From the IMG/VR virus record IMGVR_UViG_3300045988_064285, positions 1-26,183 of that record: a DNA stretch of 26,183 bases; one strand, written 5' to 3'. Positions 1 through 6,805 of the stretch are shown piece by piece. The notes under the pieces are model-generated. The model had not been told where the DNA came from, did no database searches, and was given only the letters and a program-made list of their open reading frames with translations. The first letter of the stretch is position 1. Each line of letters opens with the position of its first letter. The translations under genes were made by a program, and so were the position numbers. The DNA comes from a virus.

Positions 1-144
1 TATACACGAATTAACAAAAATAATATATATATTTTTACTTTATATCTGTTCATCACTTCAGAGCCAAACATCTTTGTTGTGGTGGGCAGATACAAAATAA
101 AAATAAGAGAGATGTTTGGCAGCACCTCTCAAAAGGAGGTAACA

Positions 145-1044
145 ATGAGAAGTATAGAAGCTAATGATTTAGATAGTATGGTATATTACCAAGTTCCAAA
201 ATGGCTTATGGATTTATTGATAGAAGGAAAGATATCGATAGGGGCTTTTAAAACTTATGTACTGATGTATGAAAGAACTAGATTATCAGCCAGAAATAAA
301 TGGATAGATGAAAAAGGAAAGGTATATATCAAATACTCATACGAGGAACTTATGGAAGATTTGAAGTGTACAAGTAGAACAACTGTATCAAACAATATAA
401 AGGACTTAGAAAAAATTGATTTGATTGAAAAAGTTAGATGTTTTAGTTCTAGTAGTATCTATTATCTAAAGGTCAGAAGTACAGAAGATTGTACTAGTAC
501 AGAAAGTTGTACTGACAGAAGTACAGAAGATTGTACTACCATTAGTACAGAGGTCTGTACCGACAGTAGTACAGAGTTGCTGTACGCTAGTAAGAATAAC
601 TTTAATAAGAATAACTATAAAAAGAATAATAATACACACACAGAGGAAATTGAAAAACCAGAAGAGGAAAACTCAAATAATGATCCTGTAATAATTCAGC
701 AGATATTAAAAAAATATAAAGAGTTAGGGTTGCCAGAATATGAATATAGACCAGATAACTATGTAATACTTGAAGCTTATAATAATTTAGGAGCTAAAAA
801 ACTACTGGAAGCATTGGAGATAATGAGTGAAAGTGAATTTGTTAAAAATAATCTAAGTATTAACACTATATTCAAATTGGATAATTTAAAAAAGGCTCTT
901 AATGGAAATTTTAAGGATAAAGTAACAAAAGGCAAGGTTAAAGATAAAACACAGGTAAAAGAAACAAAAGAAGAGAGAGCAGAGGACTACTATAGTGAAG
1001 AAGTTCTGGCTGCTTTGAAAGGAGCTAATTATGCAAAAGTGTAG
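145..1044 (+). CDS. Phage replication initiator, RepA_N/DnaD-like winged-helix N-terminus
   Basis: The N-terminus (YYQVPKWLMDLL...ISIGAFKTYVLMYERTRLSARNKWIDEKGKVYIKYSYEELMEDLKCTSRTTVSNNIKDLEKIDLIEKV) resembles RepA_N-type initiators, and a DnaC-like gene follows. The track ORF starts at 79, but a strong SD (aaaaggaggt, 131-140) precedes ATG at 145. Confidence 0.75.
   Translation: MRSIEANDLDSMVYYQVPKWLMDLLIEGKISIGAFKTYVLMYERTRLSARNKWIDEKGKVYIKYSYEELMEDLKCTSRTTVSNNIKDLEKIDLIEKVRCFSSSSIYYLKVRSTEDCTSTESCTDRSTEDCTTISTEVCTDSSTELLYASKNNFNKNNYKKNNNTHTEEIEKPEEENSNNDPVIIQQILKKYKELGLPEYEYRPDNYVILEAYNNLGAKKLLEALEIMSESEFVKNNLSINTIFKLDNLKKALNGNFKDKVTKGKVKDKTQVKETKEERAEDYYSEEVLAALKGANYAKV
478..585. repeat. 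Five iteron-like repeats, AGTACAGAnGnTTGTAC type
   Basis: Copies at 478-494, 496-512, 520-536, 544-560 and 568-585. Copies 1 and 3 are identical. Start-to-start spacing is 18, 24, 24, 24 nt. Each unit has GTAC at both ends. Confidence 0.8.
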
Positions 1045-1837
1045 CTATTGTGGAAAAGAATACATAGAAAACAACCATATTTTTGAAGGGTTACCTGATT
1101 TCGTAAAAGAAAATATTAGATTTATCCCATCTTGTGATTGTTTAGAAAAGTTAAGAGAAAAAGAGATGGAAGAAATGGAAAAAAAGAGGATAAGAGAGTG
1201 CATAATGAACAAAGTTAAGAAATATAAAGACATTTCTGTAACTGGTAAAAAATTCTATGAGAGCAAATTCGAAAATGCCGATATGAAAGAATTACATATG
1301 CAATTTGCTAAACAATATGCAGATAATTTTTTAAAAAAGAAGTTAACAAAAGGCTTGATATTCTTTGGGAATGTAGGTATAGGAAAAACCTTTGCTACTG
1401 CTTGCATAGCTAATCAACTTATGGATAATGGGAGAACAGTACTCGTAATGAATTTAGGACTGTACATAAACAAACTGAAAGCTGGAGGCTGGGAAGAGGC
1501 AGAGCAAGACATTTTAAAGCAAGTAGAACAATGTGATCTTGTAATTATAGATGACTTTGGAGCAGAAAAAGGATTAGACAATGATAAATCTACATGGAGA
1601 GCAGAAAAAATATACAATTTGATAGATACTAGATATAGAGCAGAAAAACCATTGATTATATCTACCAATCTAAAATTTGACAAAGATATAGAAAAATGCG
1701 AGGTTGAGGCAAATTTTAGATATCAAGGTGTGGGAAGAATTAGAGACAGAATAGCTGATATGTGCTACCCAGTAAGAGTAGTTGGAGAAAACAAAAGAGG
1801 CATGAGTGAAAAAGAATTTTTAGAGTGCATAGCATAG
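1031..1837 (+). CDS. DnaC-like helicase loader ATPase
   Basis: Walker A GNVGIGKT, Walker B-like LVIIDDFGAEK, N-terminal Cys motifs (CSYC...CDC), and position immediately after the initiator gene. Confidence 0.88.
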   Translation: MQKCSYCGKEYIENNHIFEGLPDFVKENIRFIPSCDCLEKLREKEMEEMEKKRIRECIMNKVKKYKDISVTGKKFYESKFENADMKELHMQFAKQYADNFLKKKLTKGLIFFGNVGIGKTFATACIANQLMDNGRTVLVMNLGLYINKLKAGGWEEAEQDILKQVEQCDLVIIDDFGAEKGLDNDKSTWRAEKIYNLIDTRYRAEKPLIISTNLKFDKDIEKCEVEANFRYQGVGRIRDRIADMCYPVRVVGENKRGMSEKEFLECIA

Positions 1838-1910
1838 GAGAACTGGAATGAAATTGATATATTTTTTAACTTTGACATTATTACTTTCAATATTTTCTGG
1901 GAGGGAATAG

Positions 1911-2084
1911 ATGGGAAAAGGCTATGTAGCTTATTGCAGGCAAAGCCAGAAGCAAATTGAAAAATTAGAAGATAAAGAATATAAAAAGTATGGAAAGAAA
2001 AAAGTAAGGAGAAAATTTAAAAATATAAATATAGATTTTCCAGAAAAATATAAAAAAATAAGATTTTGTGGATATTTAAATTAG
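1911..2084 (+). CDS. Small basic hypothetical protein, 57 aa (MGKGYVAYCRQSQKQIEKLEDKEYKKYGKKKVRRKFKNINIDFPEKYKKIRFCGYLN)
   Basis: Open frame below the track cutoff, fills the gap between neighbouring genes, upstream gggaggga SD. Confidence 0.55.
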   Translation: MGKGYVAYCRQSQKQIEKLEDKEYKKYGKKKVRRKFKNINIDFPEKYKKIRFCGYLN

Positions 2085-2094
2085 GGAGGATAAA

Positions 2095-2361
2095 ATGACT
2101 AGAGATGAACTTAGAAAAATATATACATTTTTGAAAAAAGAAACAAGAGTGGAAGGAGTACCTTCAAGAAACCTTGGGAGTAAGGAAGAGGTTTTGAAGG
2201 AGATTAGAAAAATAATAAAAGATAATAGAGATACATTTCTTGACAATTGGAAAAGAGCAGCTGGAGCAAATAGGGAACTTTTATATGAAAATGCTGAATT
2301 AAAATCAGAGTTGGAAAACTTAAAAAATAAAAAGTGGTGGCAGATATGGAAAGAAAGATAG
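2095..2361 (+). CDS. Hypothetical phage protein
   Basis: ORF preceded by gggaggat SD, collinear with the operon. Confidence 0.65.
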   Translation: MTRDELRKIYTFLKKETRVEGVPSRNLGSKEEVLKEIRKIIKDNRDTFLDNWKRAAGANRELLYENAELKSELENLKNKKWWQIWKER

Positions 2362-2543
2362 GAGAGGTATTTGAAATCGATAACAAGAAGTATAAAGTTA
2401 TAGAAAGCAATCCAGAAAGATCTGATTGTGATATATGTGCCTTTGATAGTGATTATAGGTGTATAACTACAAAAAGAGGATTCTGTCAAAGAATTAATAG
2501 AGAAGATGGAAAAGATGTATATTTTGTAGAGGTGAAAGAATGA
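2334..2543 (+). CDS. Small Cys-containing hypothetical protein
   Basis: 69-aa ORF overlapping its neighbours as phage operons often do, upstream aaagatagga. Confidence 0.5.
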   Translation: MVADMERKIGEVFEIDNKKYKVIESNPERSDCDICAFDSDYRCITTKRGFCQRINREDGKDVYFVEVKE

Positions 2544-2914
2544 CAGAAACTCAAATACAATCAAGCATAATAGACTATTTACAGTTATTAGAAAATCAAG
2601 GAAAGTTATTTTTACACAGGGTAAATAATATGGGAGTGTATGACCCTAAGAGAAAAGCATATAGAGTATTCCCTAAAGGTGCAAAAAAAGGATTCCCAGA
2701 TATTATCTGTTTAAAAGATGGGCTTCTTATAGGTCTAGAAGTAAAAACAGGAGAAGGAAAACAAAGTAATAACCAAAAAGAAGTTGAGAAAGAACTTAAA
2801 AAACACGGAGCTGCTTACTATATTGTAAGAAGCTTGGATGAGGTTGTAGTAATTTTTGATAAGTATGAATTTATTAGTAAGCATGAAGCTATAGAAAAAT
2901 TTTTGAAAGGATAG
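2540..2914 (+). CDS. VRR-NUC domain nuclease
   Basis: MTETQIQSSIIDYLQ...FPKGAKKGFPDIICLKDGLLIGLEVKTGEGKQSNNQKEVEKEL...YYIVRS matches the VRR-NUC (PD-(D/E)XK) pattern. Confidence 0.88.
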   Translation: MTETQIQSSIIDYLQLLENQGKLFLHRVNNMGVYDPKRKAYRVFPKGAKKGFPDIICLKDGLLIGLEVKTGEGKQSNNQKEVEKELKKHGAAYYIVRSLDEVVVIFDKYEFISKHEAIEKFLKG

Positions 2915-2924
2915 GAGGGAGAAG

Positions 2925-3713
2925 ATGAATAATTTAGCAGTTTTAGAAAGAAAAAATACAGTTACGAGTTTAGAGTTGGTAGAACAGATTAATTTTTTCA
3001 GAGAACAGGAAGGGAATAAAACAGAACTAGGGCATAATGACTTATTAAAAATAATCCGTGATGAGTTTGAGGAAGAAATCTCACTGGGAAAAATTTCCCA
3101 GTCAACTTATAAAAACGATAGAGGGAGAGAATACCCTATGTTTGAACTAACATTTAATCAAGCAAGACAAGTGTTAGTAAGAGAAAGTAAATTTGTAAGA
3201 AAGCATATAATGTCTTATATTGAAGAATTAGAAAAACAGTTAGGAAATATAGTTTCTTATGAAGATAGATTGAAACTAGGTTTATTTTCAAATGATCCTG
3301 ATATAGTAGCTAGATCACATAAAGCTTTATTGGAATTAGAACTTCAACCTTTGAAAGAGGAAATAGAACACAAAACAAAAGAAATAGAATATAAAGAAGA
3401 TGTCATTATTGGGCTTACTGATAAGATAGAATTAATGGATATGAGACAGATTCTTAATTCAGTAGTAAGATATAAAGGGGCAGATTTTCAGGAAAGATGG
3501 AGATTACTATACTTTGAATTTGAAAGAAAATATCACGTTGATATAAAAAGAAGAATAGATAACTGCAACAAAAATAATAAACCTAAAATGAAAAATAAAC
3601 TTGAATATATAGATAAAATAATGAATAAATTACCACAGTTATATGAAATAGCTTGTAAATTATTTGAAGGAGATATAAATCAAATAATAGAGAATTATAA
3701 AAAGGTTTGTTAA
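2925..3713 (+). CDS. Phage regulatory protein, Rha/antirepressor-like
   Basis: N-terminal TSLELVEQINFFR..LGHNDLLKIIRDEFEEE..SQSTYKNDRGREYPMFELTFNQARQVLVRESKFVRKHIMSYIEELE is typical of Rha-family proteins. Confidence 0.7.
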   Translation: MNNLAVLERKNTVTSLELVEQINFFREQEGNKTELGHNDLLKIIRDEFEEEISLGKISQSTYKNDRGREYPMFELTFNQARQVLVRESKFVRKHIMSYIEELEKQLGNIVSYEDRLKLGLFSNDPDIVARSHKALLELELQPLKEEIEHKTKEIEYKEDVIIGLTDKIELMDMRQILNSVVRYKGADFQERWRLLYFEFERKYHVDIKRRIDNCNKNNKPKMKNKLEYIDKIMNKLPQLYEIACKLFEGDINQIIENYKKVC

Positions 3714-3730
3714 TAAAAGGAGGAATCGAA

Positions 3731-3970
3731 ATGGAAAACGGATACACATATGAGGAGTTACAAAGAGAAAGATTAACAGGAATAATAAATGGGTTGATTT
3801 TAGAATTAACATGGCAAGATAAAATTAAATGCTATAAAGGTACAGATATGAAAATACCAATAAGTCATTATGAGTCTACAGATATGTTTATAGATAAATT
3901 AGGCGGAATGGATGATGAAGATTATAAAAAATTTATAGACAAGCTAACAGATACAATTATAGACATGTAG
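3731..3970 (+). CDS. Hypothetical phage protein
   Basis: ORF (track start 3707). ATG at 3731 has the better SD (aaaggagg, ~3717). Confidence 0.55.
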   Translation: MENGYTYEELQRERLTGIINGLILELTWQDKIKCYKGTDMKIPISHYESTDMFIDKLGGMDDEDYKKFIDKLTDTIIDM

Positions 3971-3977
3971 GGAATAT

Positions 3978-4076
3978 ATGGAAAAATACTTAATAACAGG
4001 CTTAATACTGGTAGCTATGACCTTCTTGATAGTTGGTATAGCTATCGGTGTCGGGATAGGGTTGTATTTAATATAG
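3978..4076 (+). CDS. Small putative membrane peptide, 32 aa (MEKILITGLILVAMTFLIVGIAIGVGIGLYLI)
   Basis: Open frame encoding essentially one hydrophobic segment, in the + strand operon. Confidence 0.4.
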   Translation: MEKYLITGLILVAMTFLIVGIAIGVGIGLYLI

Positions 4077-4087
4077 TGAGGTGTAGT

Positions 4088-4243
4088 ATGAAAACAAATG
4101 CTTTTAATATCATGCAAATAATAATGGTAACATTAAAATTATTGAATAAAATAGATTTAAGCTGGGGGATGGTTTTTATCCCATTGTATATAGAAATAGG
4201 GTTACTAACGATAAAAGAAACAATAGAATATTTTAAAAAATAG
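4088..4243 (+). CDS. Small hypothetical protein, 51 aa
   Basis: MKTNAFNIMQIIMVTLKLLNKIDLSWGMVFIPLYIEIGLLTIKETIEYFKK. SD gaggtg upstream. Confidence 0.5.
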   Translation: MKTNAFNIMQIIMVTLKLLNKIDLSWGMVFIPLYIEIGLLTIKETIEYFKK

Positions 4244-4252
4244 AGGTGTAGT

Positions 4253-4402
4253 ATGAAAACAAAAGCAGGAGAAGTAGAGGAAACAGTAAAAAATATAATA
4301 AATAGGTATTTAACAGGTGGAGAGATAGAACCGAATGAGTTTGAGTATATAAAGAAGTATTCTAGGTATTTGAAAAACTATAAATTTCTAAAAAAACAAT
4401 AG
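4253..4402 (+). CDS. Small hypothetical protein, 49 aa
   Basis: MKTKAGEVEETVKNIINRYLTGGEIEPNEFEYIKKYSRYLKNYKFLKKQ. SD gaggtg upstream. Confidence 0.5.
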   Translation: MKTKAGEVEETVKNIINRYLTGGEIEPNEFEYIKKYSRYLKNYKFLKKQ

Positions 4403-4411
4403 AGGTGGCAT

Positions 4412-4570
4412 ATGACAGATAAGCAAGAAAGCCCAAAAAGCAAAAAAACCAAACAAGCAGCTGAAGAAATAATAAGTGGCAAACATAAATATTGCTGGTT
4501 AAAAATAAGATTAGATAAAAATGGAGAAGTAAATAAAATATTAAAAACTCCCTTTGAAGAAGAACTATAA
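4412..4570 (+). CDS. Small hypothetical protein, 52 aa
   Basis: MTDKQESPKSKKTKQAAEEIISGKHKYCWLKIRLDKNGEVNKILKTPFEEEL. SD gaggtgg upstream. Confidence 0.5.
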   Translation: MTDKQESPKSKKTKQAAEEIISGKHKYCWLKIRLDKNGEVNKILKTPFEEEL

Positions 4571-4595
4571 TAGTTATTTATTTAAGATAAAACTA

Positions 4596-4624
4596 TTGCA
4601 AAATAAGGAATAATACTATATAAT
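4596..4624 (+). promoter_or_regulatory. Candidate sigma70-type promoter for the non-coding region
   Basis: TTGCAA (4596-4601), 17-nt spacer, TATAAT (4619-4624). Confidence 0.65.
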
Positions 4625-4674
4625 ATAGAAAAGAGAAAATAGAATATATGAAAAAACTAATTTTCGACCCTGGT

Positions 4675-4731
4675 GGTGGATTAGATGAATTACAGATAAA
4701 AGTCTGTAGTTTTTCTGGTCCACCTTTTTTT
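4675..4731 (+). terminator. Terminator-like or attenuator-like structure
   Basis: GGTGGA (4675-4680) pairs with TCCACC (4719-4724), followed by T7 (4725-4731). Encloses hairpin TACAGA/TCTGTA (4691-4696/4703-4708). Confidence 0.35.
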
Positions 4732-4897
4732 ATTTATCCTGATTAAAGCACATAACTCTGTACACGAAATAACAAAGGCTAAAGGTAGCAGTATTGAAGT
4801 TATGTGTTTCAATGGGGGTATACCTCACGATCGAAGTCTACCCACTACTAATTTTTTTCATATAAATGTCCTCCTTTCCCTCACTCGAGGGGATATA

Positions 4898-4962
4898 TGG
4901 GAGCAGTAGCCTAAGTTGGTGAAGGCCTGAAGCTCACGAAGGTTCGATTCCTTCCACTCCCA
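4898..4962 (+). ncRNA. tRNA-like element lacking a normal anticodon arm
   Basis: Acceptor-like TGGGAG/CTCCCA, D-arm-like GCCTAAGTTGGTGAAGGC, and a perfect T-arm GAAGG-TTCGATT-CCTTC (4938-4954). Only ~11 nt (ctgaagctcac) lie where a 17-nt anticodon arm should be. Confidence 0.6.
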
Positions 4963-5303
4963 GTTATAGCTATCATAAACACTTGGTAGCACTTTATGCG
5001 TAGAAGCATAGAAAAACTATGGGTCTACATTAATGGTTAGCAGTGAATGATTTTAAGGATAAGGATATCTATCTGAAAACCTTTGTCTGAATTCCAAAAA
5101 CTGTAAAACTACTTTCAAAAGAAGTGGTCAGGAGAATGAACAATTGGAATAGTTTTCCTGTTTCGGCTGTTAGCAGTTCAGCCTAATAAAAACTGCATAA
5201 AAAGCCGCTAATAAAATTAATATAAACCAAAACTGTCACAGATGGATAGGTAAGGATTATACACTGCCTATCCAACATCTCAATAAAAAAAGGAGATGAG
5301 AAA

Positions 5304-6002
5304 ATGGAACAAATTTTAGTTAAGATCGAGAATAAAAATGGTATTTTAGTAACAACAAGTAATAGGGTAGCTGAAGAGTTAGGAGTAAGACATGATAATC
5401 TTTTAAATAAAATTGATGATTATGTAAATAAATTTAGCTCGCCTGAACTTTCAGGGCAGTTCTATATTCCCAGTGAATACAAGACTAGAGATGGTAGAAC
5501 AGTTAGAAATTATTTAATAACTAAAAAGGGTATAGCCCAATTAATAGGTGGTTATAATTCTTCTGTAGAAAAAGCATTTGATTTAAATGTGGCATATATC
5601 AACAGATTTGAGGAAATGGAGCAAATACTATCTAATAAAAAAGATTCAGACTGGCTATTAACTAGAGAGAAAGGAAAGCTAGTTAGAAGAAAAGAAACAG
5701 ATGTTATACAAGATTTGATAATGTATGCAACAGAACAAGGAAGTCAAAATTCAGGAAAGCTTTATATGACTTATAGTAAGTTGGTAAATAAGCTGGTAGG
5801 TGTAGAACCTAATTCAAGAGATAAAATTGAATTTAAAAAGCTTATATCAATACAGCAATTAGAAGATTTATTCAGCAAGGTTATAAAAGATAACATGGAT
5901 AAAAAAGTTTACTATAAAGAAATATATCAAAAATGTAAAGAATTAGGAACTCAATATATAGCTATAGTAAATTATGACATAAAGTTATTAGAAGTAGCTT
6001 AA
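5304..6002 (+). CDS. Rha family phage regulatory protein
   Basis: VTTSNRVAEELGVRHDNLLNKIDDYV...FYIPSEYKTRDGRTVRNYLITKKGIAQLIGGY is characteristic of Rha proteins. SD aaaaggaga upstream. Confidence 0.8.
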   Translation: MEQILVKIENKNGILVTTSNRVAEELGVRHDNLLNKIDDYVNKFSSPELSGQFYIPSEYKTRDGRTVRNYLITKKGIAQLIGGYNSSVEKAFDLNVAYINRFEEMEQILSNKKDSDWLLTREKGKLVRRKETDVIQDLIMYATEQGSQNSGKLYMTYSKLVNKLVGVEPNSRDKIEFKKLISIQQLEDLFSKVIKDNMDKKVYYKEIYQKCKELGTQYIAIVNYDIKLLEVA

Positions 6003-6019
6003 TTAAATAATAGAATATA

Positions 6020-6117
6020 GACTTCCTTACACCTCTACAAGTATGTGGCCCATGAGGAAGTCGCCTGATTAATACTCTTACATGATAAGGGTAGTAATGA
6101 GGTAAACAAGGAGGTGT
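6020..6117 (+). promoter_or_regulatory. Structured leader upstream of the small terminase gene
   Basis: GACTTCCT (6020-6027) pairs with AGGAAGTC (6055-6062). TACTCTTA (6073-6080) pairs with TAAGGGTA (6086-6093). ACACCTC (6029-6035) is complementary to GAGGTGT (6111-6117), which contains the SD. Confidence 0.45.
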
Positions 6118-6127
6118 CACAGATGGC

Positions 6128-6805
6128 GTGAAAGAACATGAGTTAGCAAAAATAGATTATATAGATGGAATACCTGTAAAAGAAATAGCAGCTAAATATA
6201 ATGTTACAGAAGCAGCAGTAAGAAAATGGAAGTCACGTCACAAGTGGGATGTCACAAAAGAAGTGTCACAAAAAGTGTCACAGCGTGACAATGTGACAAC
6301 CAACAAAAGAAGTAAGATAGACTGGTTAAAGCTAGAGACAGAATATGTCACAGATATATCTGAAAAACCTGTCACACTCAAAGCGTTAAGTGAAAAGTAT
6401 GAGGTCAGTTATAAAACTATAGAAGATTATTCAAGCAAGAATGATTGGAAAGAAAAAAGAAGAGAATATAAGGGAAATGTCAGTGAAAAAACTAAAGAAA
6501 AATTATCTGATGAAACCTCTGATGTAATGGCCGATATCCTAAACAACATCAATACAGCACTACTACAAGCTACAGAAGAACTAAATATCTACGAAGAGGT
6601 AAACGGCTTTGGAAAGCTAGTTAAACACGAGACTGAAACTGTAAGGACAAATAAACTTGGAACATTAGTAAAGGCCTTGACCTCAATGCAAAAGATAGAG
6701 ATAGAAAAGCAAAGGCTGGAGATTGAAAGGAAGAAGGTTGAACCAGGGGAGAAAGGAAAAGATAAAACAGGTAAGTTCCTTGATATGTTGGAGGAAATAA
6801 TATGA
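6128..6805 (+). CDS. Terminase small subunit
   Basis: GTG start. N-terminal HTH (DGIPVKEIAAKYNVTEAAVRKWKSRHKW) and a second HTH-like segment, immediately upstream of the large terminase. Confidence 0.85.
   Translation: MKEHELAKIDYIDGIPVKEIAAKYNVTEAAVRKWKSRHKWDVTKEVSQKVSQRDNVTTNKRSKIDWLKLETEYVTDISEKPVTLKALSEKYEVSYKTIEDYSSKNDWKEKRREYKGNVSEKTKEKLSDETSDVMADILNNINTALLQATEELNIYEEVNGFGKLVKHETETVRTNKLGTLVKALTSMQKIEIEKQRLEIERKKVEPGEKGKDKTGKFLDMLEEII

Larger units (their letters stand above)
4631..5290 (+). ncRNA. Candidate large structured phage ncRNA (possibly ROOL/GOLLD-class)
   Basis: About 650 nt without a supportable ORF, downstream of a promoter-like sequence. It contains many strong complementary segments: 4691-4696/4703-4708, 4749-4756/4799-4806, 4793-4798/4808-4813, 4859-4864/4894-4899, 4878-4882/4887-4891, 5000-5004/5024-5028, 5007-5011/5017-5021, 5075-5080/5152-5157, 5091-5097/5144-5150, 5164-5168/5203-5207, 5173-5178/5191-5196, 5244-5250/5267-5273. 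Confidence 0.6.

Noticed and set aside
478-585. CRISPR array
   Set aside because: The repeats are too short (17 nt) with 1-11 nt gaps, lie in frame inside a coding sequence and have no true spacers. Iterons fit better.
1045-1683. Minus-strand ORFs at 1045-1233 and 1414-1683
   Set aside because: Antisense to the well-supported DnaC-like gene, low-complexity Ser/Phe/Leu composition typical of antisense AT-rich coding DNA.
2076-2564. 162-aa minus-strand ORF
   Set aside because: Antisense across several plus-strand genes, Phe/Ser/Tyr-rich. No credible initiation context.
4898-4962. Functional canonical tRNA gene
   Set aside because: T-arm and D-arm are good, but total length is 65 nt and there is no 5-bp anticodon stem with 7-nt loop, so no isotype can be assigned.
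4571-5303. Retron or DGR element in the non-coding region
   Set aside because: No reverse transcriptase ORF in the window and no template/variable repeat pair seen. The fibre C-terminus does not show a matching template repeat.
4571-5303. Group I/II self-splicing intron
   Set aside because: No intron-encoded protein, no recognisable domain V or group I P7 core, and the flanking genes are intact rather than interrupted.
5232-6300. Type III toxin-antitoxin RNA repeats
   Set aside because: No tandem ~35-nt antitoxin repeats, and the downstream protein is Rha-like rather than ToxN/CptN/TenpN-like.
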